64,000 nucleotides of DNA, from assembly GCF_003918875.1 (NCBI RefSeq), contig NW_025767723.1, positions 1,984,001 through 2,048,000 on the forward strand, written 5' to 3'. The position numbers and the translations under genes were made by a program. Of the stretch, positions 12,402 to 23,483 are shown in pieces; positions within the stretch are counted from its first letter, which is position 1, and each line of letters starts with the position of its first letter. The notes beneath the pieces were generated by a model. That model did no database searches. It was given only the letters and a program-made list of their open reading frames with translations, and had not been told where the DNA came from. This DNA is from Haliotis rubra (Eukaryota).

Positions 12402-12480
12402 TAGTACCCACGAGTGGAATCGAACCCGTGTCTTCGCCTTACGAGCGAACGCCTCAACCACTAGGCTACCCCACCGCCCT
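12402..12480 (-). mobile_element. SINE family A head fragment
   Basis: Reverse tRNA-like head. Confidence 0.8.
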
Positions 12481-12569
12481 GGCGGGAAGATGGAGCTATC
12501 AAGTACGGATCATATTCATTGCAAATCTGGGATTCGAACCCACTACCACAGGTGTCTGGCACGCCTATA

Positions 12570-13489
12570 CGAGGGACAGTCAAAAAGTAGTCGGCCTGAC
12601 CAAGTAAATGATACAAATGCAGCTGTTTTTATGTTTTATTTTTCTACATATTATCTGTCAACCTCAAGCAAATTGGTTTTGCTACGTTCCAGCCTTACGA
12701 TCCCCATTTTGTTTGAAATTTTATCTTGGTACCCCCCAAAAGCGCAAAATCTGCAATAAATGCTCCACAAAATTCAGGTTACAAAATATGCAAGAAACAT
12801 TTTGTGTGTTTGAGATAGGTAGACGTCCGCTAGAATCAAACTTAGATATTAAAGTGCATAAAACAGCAATTTGAAAGTACAATCGCTTGTTAAAGTGATT
12901 CCCCCTTCATGTTTACTGAAACAGCTTGTTTTGGAGACACTACCCACCCCCTTTCAGACGACGAAATCATAAGGACATAACTTATTCTAATGTTTTCACT
13001 TTTTCACACATGATGCTAAAGGTTCAAAGTAAATACTGAATGGTCACACAAGTGTCAACTCTCAGTATATTGTAAACAGGGCCAGCTTGAATATCTGGAC
13101 ACAATGTTTTTGAAAGACTAAAATGGGGGCGTCCTTAAAAGAAACAGCCCCCGACTAAATATGAATCAAGCAATCCAAAGCTTTGACTCTTGATTATGAC
13201 GGGAAGTCATCCAATACTATACTAACATATTTTATATGACATTATCTGATGGCATACCATTATCCAAGAGGTACTAAATGACGGATCGTTTTTACATTTT
13301 CTGCATTTTTTTCTAGAAATATTATACCCCAATGTGTTGTGATGACTAATATCTCGTTAATCACATTACCCACATATGTGAAATTTTTTATACGGCTTTG
13401 CTAATGTTCCCTACAAACTAAAATGGAAGCTTTTCAAACATTGGACATCGAGAATATAGTTAGGCCGACTACTTTTTGACCGACCCTCG
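12570..13489. mobile_element. Non-autonomous Tc1/mariner element
   Basis: TA|CGAGGGacagtcaaaaagtagtcggcct ... aggccgactactttttgaccgaCCCTCG|TA: ~28-bp TIRs, TA TSD, no transposase ORF. Confidence 0.92.
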
Positions 13490-13752
13490 TATGAAGCAAC
13501 TATCGGCAAGGACAACTGGGCTACCCATGTACCAGAATTCCCTCAGAAGAAACAAGACACAAATCAGTTATTATAATGAACATTAGCGGCATCTTGCTAA
13601 AAAATATCTATTTCAATATTACATCTTCTCCCTTGGTATGCAGAGTCCAAACTGATGACACTGATAAAGATTATTAAGAGGGATTAGACAAATCATGAAA
13701 TTCTACGTTAATCCATTATCCAACACCGGCTACCTGTCTGTAATTAATCCAG

Positions 13753-13921
13753 GTGTTTGTCATTAACCTGGGCGGACCTGGACACGCGTAGCCATGGACA
13801 TTCCAAAGTCTCGGACTTCAGTGGACATTCCAGTGGTCACAAAAATGCCAGCTATCTTACAACAAATGGTCAGATTTTACCCGATAGGTCAACCGTCGGG
13901 GTCGCACGCGTTCAGACCTGA
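13753..13921 (+). CDS. Candidate terminal exon (CLSLTWADLDTRSHGHSKVSDFSGHSSGHKNASYLTTNGQILPDRSTVGVARVQT*)
   Basis: ccag acceptor, 56 open codons with higher GC, AT-rich UTR-like sequence after; no homology recognised. Confidence 0.25.
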
Positions 13922-14482
13922 CGCCAAGACTGTTGTCACTTTCATGTTAAACTATTTAACACATAGCGTGTTTAGTTGGACGTTGTCTTCATTCCTAATG
14001 AACCTGTGATTTTTAGTCGGTCTTTTTTTTCTTTGATTCCTGCATACTGGCCTTTGTTTCTGAAATGACTTCATTAATCAAGCAAATGTTTTCCTCATTT
14101 GTGGTATTTCTAAGAAATGTTCAGAGAAGTAACCATGTAAAGCGACAGTCGTGATTTTCATTATTTACACTTTGTGAAGGGTTTTCGCCAGGTGTTTTAA
14201 GATCCATAATTCAGGTATTAGTAACAGTGAAATTTGGATTAACGAAACATAATTACGTAGTGTTGTTAGTTGGAAATATATGTGTAATTTTCCATATATC
14301 ACTTCCACTATGTTTATTTTCCACAAAGAGATGACATTGCTCCTCTCCTTCTTTAACAGGTAAAGATTATCGGCACTTGTTTTTAAACCCCATGTCCAAC
14401 GAAAACTACATCACCCCGTTTACCCCAACCCCTAGAATATGAAATTGTGGATCCCTAACCGCCAGCCTGAATGGATTTGCAG

Positions 14483-14513
14483 TTCGAACCCACTGCCCCT
14501 GGATCCGCCAATG
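14483..14513. mobile_element. 3' end fragment of the hAT-like MITE seen at 43024
   Basis: ttcgaaccc...cccctggatccgccaatg. Confidence 0.45.
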
Positions 14514-15345
14514 ATGTAGGTGTTTAAATTGTATTAATCACTTGTACACAGTATACTGACCAGTGGCATTTATCATAACATTTTCGTGTTTTGAAGATCG
14601 TTTCATTTGTATTGATCTACTATACAGCGCTATGTCCGAATGCCATTTCTGAAGACAAAAGGAGTTATAAATAACGCATAGTTCTCATGAAACTGATGCT
14701 TTTAAACAAACACCGTTGTTCCAACGTTAGATTGTCGAACTAAAAACAGTCTCAAAATGTGAGTTCCTTATTTAGGCAATATATGTTCCGGTTGTGTCGA
14801 ACCTCAGTATTTACGTAGGTCCTTACAACTCGACACAACGATGTTTGACAGTAATGTATGTATACCTCACACATACCAAGAAATTCCTGTACGGGATGAT
14901 CAAATATATCTACAGTTACAATCTCCGACAAACAACAGTGTCACATATATGTATGTATGTACACTAAATACGTAGGTAAATACTGTCCCAGGTGGCAGGC
15001 CGCTCCGTGTAAATGTCACGTTGATTACACAGACAGAGATATCGGCCACGTGTAGCAAGAGATACAAGGTGTGGGAAAATCATGTCTGTTTCATGTCAGT
15101 TTCTGTCAAACATGTCAGCTGGCCGTAACACTAACAAATGTGGGCTTGTCAATATCAGATGTCAGAAATGGACAATTAATAATTGGGAAATATATAGGTC
15201 ACAATCTACAACTGAACAGTGCCTGTTACATGAAGAATATGTTCTCAGGTTCAGTACCCAATCTGAGAACCGTGGATGTAGTTCCTTAATTTAAAGGGCG
15301 GGTTCCCAAATAGTCCCCCCATTGGCTATTCGCATCGCAATCAGT

Positions 15346-16280
15346 GTCGTAAATCTACGTTAAGCGCTACAACATTCGTACGTCTATGTTAAGCACTACG
15401 GCAGTCGTAAGTCTATGTTAAGTACTTCGAAGTCTATGTTAAGTCTTTCGACATTCTTACGTCTATGTTAAGCTCTACGAAATTCGTACGTCTATTTTAA
15501 ACGCGACGACAGTACATCTATGTTAAGCACCACGAAATTCGTACGTCTATTTTAAACGCGACGAAAGTACATCTATGTTAAGCACTACGAAACTCGTACG
15601 TCTATTTTAAACGCGACGACAGTACGCCTGTTAAGCACTACGAAATTCGTACGTCTATTTTAAACGCGACGACAGTACGTCTATGTTAAGCAATACGAAA
15701 TTCGTACGTCTATATTAAACGCGACGACAGTACGTCTATGTTAAGCACTACGAAATTCGTACGTCTATTTTAAACGCAACGACAGTACGTCTATGTTAAG
15801 AGCTACGAAATTCGTACGTCTATTTTAAACGCGACGACAGTACGTCTATGTTAAGAGCTACGAAATTCGTACTTCTATTTTAAACGCGACGACAGTACGT
15901 CTATGTTAAGAGCTACGACATTCGCAAGTCTGTGTTGAGCAGCACGACAGTCGTAAGTCTATGTAAAGCATTGTTGCATTCGTAGGTCAATGTTAAGCGC
16001 TACGTCACGCCGAAGGCCCGGGTTCGATTCCCCACATGGGTACAATGTGTGATGCCCATTTCTGGTGTCCCCCGCCGTGATATTGCTGGAATATTGCTAA
16101 AAGCGGCGTAAAGCCAAACTTACTCACTTAAGCGGTACGACATTCCTACGTCTATTTTAAGCACTGCGACAGTCGTAAGTGTATGTGCTACGACAATTAT
16201 ATGGCCATGTTAAGAGCTACGACAATTGTATACCTATGTTAAAGCTACTACAGCCGTAACTCCTTGTTAAACACTACAAC
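15346..16280. repeat. Minisatellite: ~29-bp monomers at the flanks, 55-bp (29+26) dimer in the core
   Basis: Core unit aaattcgtacgtctattttaaacgcgacgacagtacgtctatgttaagcactacg, ~8 copies at 15480-15920. Confidence 0.95.
16003..16127 (+). mobile_element. SINE family A, 5'-truncated, inserted in the minisatellite
   Basis: Flanked by ttaagcgctacg/ttaagcggtacg. Confidence 0.92.
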
Positions 16281-17189
16281 AGTTGTAATTATGTGTTAAA
16301 CTGTAGAATAACAACATTTTGACCGTTTTAAACGCGTTGTTGATCGGAGACCTAACGTGTGAATAAAGGAAGTCATTGACCGTCCATTCCAGGCGCTGCT
16401 TAATCCAACAGCGAGTCTAACATGTTCGAGATTTTTTGCGTCATTGTTTTTATCCCAGATAAGCTATACAAATGTAAATTAGTACTTATGACTGTTGTGT
16501 CGTGTACAGAAAGACACTTCCAGCTGCGTATTTAGATCACGTGTTAATTTTGGTCTTCCAGACTTAGAGTATCGCTCGACGCCTTCCTTTAATGTTCGTG
16601 TCCCTGTGTAATTAGAAATTATCTGTTAGATTGGTTTGTATTGGAAAGAAAGTTTTGTTTTAACAACTTAAATATGCTGTCAGTGTGCACGAATCAAATC
16701 CGCTTTGTAGACATCGGTTCTGGTTGATGAAGCAGCATACATTACCGATCATCTGCAATGATTGACTCGTATCGATACAAACCTGATTGATTTGTCTTCC
16801 AGTATGACCATGGTCATATGGAAAGTGGGATCCCGTCTTGTATCTTCGAGATATCCTCACATTCCAGAAAGCACGGCACAAATCCACACATATCAAGTAG
16901 CAGTATAATAATTCAATGGCGATACGATATCACGTCCAAAAACACAAAGGGCCTGTTTATGACGACAAACTGAAAGGTATTTCACCGGCAACGACCATGA
17001 CAGCCGTCACATAGTGTGCACAGTGGGCTGGTATTACATTTGGATTGACAAATCCACGTGTGAATTTACTAAATACTCCTTGGCCAAATGTAGAGATAGC
17101 ATCAAAATCAGGTAATATGAAGGGGTGTGGGGTGTGTGGCATACTTCATTTTCACAATAGTTTCTATGGTCATTTAATAAAGTTCCAGG

Positions 17190-17215
17190 ACACACACACA
17201 CACACACACACACAC

Positions 17216-17258
<43 letters not shown>

Positions 17259-17293
17259 ATATATATATATATATGTATCTCTCTCTCTCACTC
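17190..17293. repeat. Compound (CA)(CT)(TA) microsatellite
   Basis: Read directly. Confidence 0.95.
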
Positions 17294-18479
17294 ATATTGT
17301 GTTTCGTTATCGATAGAAGAAAATCTGATTCAATAAAATAACTTAAACGAATAACACTTCCTGCTCGTATGCGAAACCCCCCAAACCAAATTCCCCTTTT
17401 CCACGACCTTTATTGAACTGTTTGGAACAACGTCATTTAGCATGTATACTTGTGTGTCAAACATTTGAAATAATCTATAAACATCTGTGTCAGTGGCTCG
17501 GAAATAAACCAACTTGACAGGACTATACATTTCACCCCATAGCAATTTCATGTACATTTCTTGGGAAAACATTACCCAGCAGAAACACATGCTTGTCAGT
17601 ATCAACACCAGATTACTCATTATCTCGAAACCGAGATTACAAAGCAGAAGACAGAACCGAGTAAATTCCCACACGAACAGTTATTTTTGTGCTAACAAAT
17701 TCTTTCCCGATTCGTCAGACTTGAAAAACAATGGGTGATTAACTGCATGGTAGTAACGTATTTGTAATATACATCCGACTTGACATTATGCTCATGACTA
17801 ACACCTCACAAGGTCGTATTCCCACGGAGACAAACGAGCCTGAGTTGATAGAGATGACGTCATGACAATTACAGCCCTTGAACGCGATTCCGGAAGGAAC
17901 TATAAAGAGCCAATAACGGAAAGGCTGGGATCGTTAAGTTTTTAAGTAAACAAACTGCGAAACTAACTTGCATCGAATGTTCCAGCTGTAGTTTAGTTCA
18001 ATTATGTTAACTTAATTTTTGCAATCTAGTTGAATGAAAGGTGGTGTTGGTAGAGGATATTTCCCTCCTTGTGGTTCAATTGAGAGAATTGGCCTTTCCG
18101 CTTTCTCGTCTGTTACGATCCCGTAGCACTTTGGAATGGCTTTTGGGAAAACATCTGTGCGACTGGTGATTGTAGGAGTCAAAATTAGAATGTTAGATTT
18201 GTGTTGTTATATCAGTGTCATTGGGATAACGTCCAAAGCCTGTATTGAAATCAAGCAAGATTAGTTTGTGAAGGTGTGTCTGGTGTAGCGTCTCTTTGAA
18301 CTTATATTTAGACAAAGGTGTGTCAGCTTGGGGGAAACCGATAGAAGCCACGAAATCAGAGAGAAAGAACAAAAGAAAGAGGGAGGGGCGAGAGGGGAGA
18401 GAGGCAGCGAGAGCGAGAGAGGGGATTAGGGGGCGGCAGTAATCGTCGACGTGAGTACGTAAGTCCTGTAGAAGATCAT

Positions 18480-19200
18480 ACCACCATACCCAACGAAGGA
18501 TTTGGCGGAGTTCATGTTCCTGCAGGGCTGCTGGAGGATTCAGATGACGTCGTAAACGTCTCTCCATTTCATCCGAGGGTGACGCATCAGACGATCTTGC
18601 GAGCCAGGGTAATACATTAACATTGTTTTGATTGCGATACAGTTGTACAGTTCGAGTGTGGTCTGTCATTATCGTGTTGAAACGGCACTCCGATCAAATC
18701 ATTGGCGTCCTTTCTGCAGCTGTTATCCCACCCGAGATCACAACGCCCCACCCACGTCCAAAACGACCCCCCTCAAGAACATATGATGCACAGTTTACCT
18801 GTGTGCCTGTTCTACGTGTTCTATCATCACCTTGGTGAAGAAGGAAATATGACTCATCGGTGTAGAGAATTCTTCTCCCCTCACGTGCTCGACATTGTTG
18901 TATTGTCTGCTCCACCTGAAGCGTCGACGTCGATGTTCTGACGTCAGGATTGGCCGTCCTGCTGGGCATCATACAAGGATGCGTCGAACAATTCCCGTAG
19001 ATACACCTCTGTTGCCAGGTATGTTAAGGGCTATAAGGGTGGTTACAAGCTGGAACCTGTGGAGGGGGTTCGTGGATCGAATCCATCCGTCTTGACGCGG
19101 GGTCGTTACTGGTTGGCGGCCATTAAGAAGACAATATGTTACTGGCGGACGTGGCATGACGAACCGGCTCCAGAACGATGAATAGATGTGTTTTCCGACC
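18480..19200 (-). pseudogene. Degenerate Tc1-family transposase
   Basis: Frameshifted motifs: GRQPVTTPRQD (GRPR linker), LYTDESYF (first catalytic D), GGRFGRG..VVISGGI, VLPWLARSSDASP (WPxxSPDLNP), ERRLRR. Confidence 0.88.
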
Positions 19201-19544
19201 TCTGTACTGAGTGGAACTAATACGGCCTGGTTGAAAGCCCTTGGAAAGTGAACATTGCAGGCCATTTGTCTTGAATATTTCATGCAACTTGAAATTTCGT
19301 GCAGTTCGAGTAACTGCTCGGTTACCTTCATCGTTCGTTTTACATTCTTTCGACCACACTCAATCTCTGGTTCAAATCCACAAAATACTTCACAAGATTA
19401 CCAGTGAAAACATCGCAAAATGGTTTGCCTCTGCCTACTCATGGGTCACATGCTTCTTAAACGCCTCCATCAGTTAGGATCTGTCTTTGAGTTGGTCTTC
19501 AGCAACTCATGTTTAAAGTATAGATTTTCGTGCTTTTGTTAGAT

Positions 19545-19640
19545 TAAGTCCCATCCGGGATTCGAACCCACACTCTCAGAGTCATTCACCTAATCGCCGC
19601 ACACAAAGTCAGAGATCCAACCCACTCAGCCACCACAGCT
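19545..19640 (-). mobile_element. Degenerate tRNA-like SINE head of a different family
   Basis: gggattcgaaccca (reverse B-box) ... ccactcagccacc; a similar fragment flanks the mariner element at 12528. Confidence 0.4.
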
Positions 19641-19918
19641 TCCACAAAAATGGAAGTTGGACAACTAGTTTCGCGATCACGTACGCCTCTGACAAGTGTA
19701 AATTGGCACGGCTCCCGTGGCCAAAGCTAAGGAAACAGAAAATAGTCCATCATAGTATAAATAAATAAGTTCAATTTGGGATTACACTTTCTCAGTAAAC
19801 TACGGAGTTGACCACACTCCACAGTGCTTACCGACAATATTACGTGTTGATTGAACCGGGCCGTAGCTCTCCTGCTGGGCTGAGCGCTCGGACACGCGAC
19901 ATTGTTACATTGAAGAGG

Positions 19919-20006
19919 ACTGACTGAGTATGGTTTTACGCCGCTTTTAGCAATATTCCAGCAACATCACGGCGGGGGACACGAGAAATGGGCTTCACAC
20001 ATTGTA
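19919..20006 (-). mobile_element. SINE family A, 5'-truncated
   Basis: TSD attgaagagga. Confidence 0.92.
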
Positions 20007-20236
20007 TTGAAGAGGAATGTGTTGTCGACATATGACTGTCCAGTTGAACATCGGACAACCTTCCCGGTCCCTTCCCAATCTCTGACGCGTGGTCACTGAC
20101 CAACTGATCTCTGTTGTTTTTGTCACACATCACGAAGAGAACTGTCATGTTAAGTCATAGGGACAGTTGGATAGTCACGTACAAGACCTGTCTTCGGTTC
20201 CTCACCTCAGTGAAATGTGTGATGTCTGATATCAGC

Positions 20237-20399
20237 CGGGGTGGGGGTGGTAGCCTAGTGGTTACAGCGTTCGCTCGTCACGCCTAAGGCCCGGGTTTGA
20301 TTCCCCACATGGGTACAATGTGTGAAGCTCATTTCTGGTGTCCCCCGCCGAGATATTGCTTGAATATTGCTAAAAGCGGCGTAAAACTAAATTCACTCA
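20237..20399 (+). mobile_element. SINE family A
   Basis: TSD ctgatatcagc. Confidence 0.95.
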
Positions 20400-20479
20400 C
20401 TGATATCAGCAGTCATATGGTGGCATACCACTCACTCACAACTCACAGCATCCCTAGAACCCAAGTAGACGTGAGGGTA

Positions 20480-20810
20480 TAAACTCAAGACAACAGATTG
20501 TTTATACGTGTACTTGCAAACTGGATCTGACCCGACAATTATAAATAATATACACATGGACACAAATATCGCAACACCTACGATTTTAGCATCTTTACCT
20601 TAGCCAATCAGGAGTCCAGATATCAAGCCCATAGAGCATGTTGAAAAATATCATGGGTCCCAGAATACTCAAAATTTTGATGTACTGGAACAAGCCCTCC
20701 ATCAAGCATGACACGTTATAATCCTCAGCGTCAAATTCAACGTCTGAAACAGTCAATGAGGAGGATCAGGAATGTGATTGCAGTTAGCGGAGGTTACACC
20801 AGATAATGAC
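20480..20810 (+). pseudogene. Tc1 transposase C-terminal remnant
   Basis: LP*PIRSPDIKPIEHV and SMRRIRNVIAVSGGYTR* match the Tc1 motifs WPxxSPDLNPIE and SMxRRxxAVIxxxGGxTxY. Confidence 0.8.
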
Positions 20811-20875
20811 ATTATGCTTGGTTTTACTGATACGTATATTATTTCTTGAGGAATGTATGTCTGAATCGTGGAAAT

Positions 20876-21140
20876 GAGTGAGTGAGTTTAGTTTTACGCC
20901 GCACTCAGCAATATTCCAGCTATATGGCGGCGGTCTGTAAATAATCGAGTCTGGACCAGACAATCCAGTGATCAACAGCATGAGCATCGATCTGCTCAAT
21001 TGGGAACCGATGACATGTGTCAACGAAGTCAGCGAGCCTGACCACCCGATACCGTTAGTTGCCTTTTACGACAAGCATAGTCGCCTTTTATGACAAGAAT
21101 GGGTTGCTGAAGACCTGTTCTACCCCGGATCTTCACGGGT
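20876..21140 (-). mobile_element. Retroposon family B with an internal 22-bp duplication
   Basis: TSD cgtggaaatga. Confidence 0.93.
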
Positions 21141-21283
21141 CCGTGGAAATGATCGCACGACCATAGTTATCAGCACTACAAATTTGGGCCACGTTGCTTT
21201 TCTGAATAAGCTACAGTTTTTAGTTGTTTTACCGTTTATATTTGCCATTATTTTTTTCCTTGAGCGTCAGTTCATACAGACAG

Positions 21284-21497
21284 ACCTGTGAAGATCCGGG
21301 TCTTCAGCAACCCATGGTTGTCATAAGAGGCGACTAAAGGGATCGGGTGGTTAACACACGTCATTGTATCCCAATTGTGTAGAGCGATGCTCAGGCTCTT
21401 GATCACTGGATTGTCTGATCCAGACTCGATTATTTATAGACTGCCGTCATATAGCTGGAATACTGCTGAGTGCGGCGTAAAACAACAAAGCAACCAT
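21284..21497 (+). mobile_element. Retroposon family B with internal deletions
   Basis: Homology to other B copies. Confidence 0.88.
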
Positions 21498-22035
21498 ACA
21501 GGCAGTAAATTAAGTTGAGGTTTGGATGAGTTTACTGTGATTAATGGTAACATACTGGTACTTTTAAAACAATGGGTGCTGCAATTCGTTTTTTCCCCAT
21601 GTGTATAGAAGAGAGGAAAACCCGGATGAATTGGTTTTAACCAAATGACGACGCAGGCCTTATGCAACTTCACAAATTCACCAGGCTGAATTAAAGTAGG
21701 TCAGGGTACAAGGATAAAAATATTTAATTAAAAAACAAGCATCTAAATAATCGCTTATGACATTGGGCGACAAGAAATCCCTGTTTCATTTCAAAGTTCA
21801 CACTACAGGTGAGAGAGAATTCCAACACGGTCACAGCGTCATGCCAGATGTGGGCTGTCAGGTGCCCCTCGTTACAGGTGTCACAACGGCCAGGTGTGCT
21901 GAATGCGGCCTGGGTCCGTTTGCAGGAACACCACATAGGCCCAAATACATAATACAATGGTATGGGTATTATTAAACAATCATTTCCCTTTCTTGAAAGC
22001 AACATGAATTAATGTCATTAATGTTCTAAACACAG

Positions 22036-22171
22036 TGAGTGGGTGAGTTTAGTTTTACGCCGCACTCAGCAATATTCCAGCTATATGGCGGCGATCTGTA
22101 AATAATCGAGTCTGGACCAGACAATCCAGTGATCAACAGCATGAGCATCGATCTGCGCAATTGGAAACCGA
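22036..22171 (-). mobile_element. Family B, 5'-truncated, inserted in the LINE 3' end
   Basis: TSD tctaaacacag/tctaagcacag. Confidence 0.9.
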
Positions 22172-23269
22172 TCTAAGCACAGAGTGTGAAGTTGTTGACA
22201 TAAGATTTGAGAACATCTGTACTGATATGTTCCTGATCACATAACTTGGTAGAATAGCTTTTCTGATGGTGTCAAGGGAAGGGCATGTCAAAGTAAAATG
22301 ATAGAGATCTTCGATTTCATATCGATCACAGTGTGGACACATACGTTGCTCACGGGGAATATTCGATATCTGGCCTCTGTCAATCGGTAGACTTGTATGT
22401 CCAACTTTTGCAAGAGCAAACTGGTTTACAAAAGTGTGTAGTGAAGAGTCTAATAGGTATTCTTCAGCATCAAGAGTTGTTTTGTATGTTGAGTATATAT
22501 CACATCTGGAACTGCTGGTTAAAACGTTATGCCACTGTTGAGAATGGATATCTTCTAAACGCTGTTTGAAGTCATGAACAAAATATTCCGTGAAACCAAC
22601 ATCTTATGAAGCCCAAGCATATCCCATTCCAACATTTTGTAGCGGGTTTCTGATGTCGGAACATCATGTATGTCGACCTACATTGTCCAGATTATACAAC
22701 ATGACATATGCCTTGCGTGGTAGTCGATGAGACGGGAGATGAAGGAGTCTGATCCAGTACTTGATGCATCTGATGGCACTATTCACATACAGAGGATGAC
22801 GTCCACATTCTCCAAGGGCCATAGCATTAGGTGTGTTTGTACCGGTTCCAATGTAGCGTTTACAAGCTAGATATTGAACTCTCTCAATTGTGTTCCCATA
22901 TTTCACTTTCGTATAACAGAATAGGCTATATTTTGGTGTCGAATATTTTGAAATAGGCCTTGAATTGTAACTTTCCATATGTCCACATTACACGTAAGAT
23001 GTTCACTAAGGAACGTTTGCCGTTAGTTGCAAGGTGAAGGACGGATTGACGCAGAGACAGGGTTGGTGATCCCTAGGTATTTGTAGCTTGACACAGGTCC
23101 GATCTCTTTGCCGTTGTAAAACCATTTTTCACAACGTCTAAGGATTCCCCACCTTTTGTAGATTCTGTAGATTAACTGATAGGCCCCATGTTTCACAGAA
23201 TGTAGACAGAATGTTGAGCTGTTGCTGGAGACAGTTGACCCCGTCGGACATTAGGGTTACGTCGTCAGC

Positions 23270-23483
23270 TAGTCTGGTGAAGGGTAATTTGTATTCTTTC
23301 TCACAGTCCCTGAAACACATTATTTCCCCTACTGCCTAACCCTCCCTGCAATGCTAACGCCCTAACTGAAGCAAGTCTAGATTTCCCCAGGTTCTGAATC
23401 TCTGGTCTCCCCTGGGCTCCTTTTCAATGGGCTTGTTTGTTACTATCAAAATTATATAAATTCAGAGACTAAGCGTTAGTCTA
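23270..23483 (+). mobile_element. MITE family C (AcademH-like) inserted in the RT ADD motif
   Basis: TAGTCT...TTAGTCTA with a perfect 10-bp TSD cgtcgtcagc. Confidence 0.88.

Noticed and set aside
15480-15920. Palindromic-looking repeat array as a CRISPR array
   Set aside because: The intervening segments are repeated too; it is a dimeric minisatellite in an animal genome.
17330-17674. 114-aa minus-strand ORF
   Set aside because: No recognisable domain or convincing splice pair; the length is within chance for a six-frame scan.
21100-21140. CTGAAGA in family B antisense as a hammerhead core
   Set aside because: No stem II followed by GAAA.
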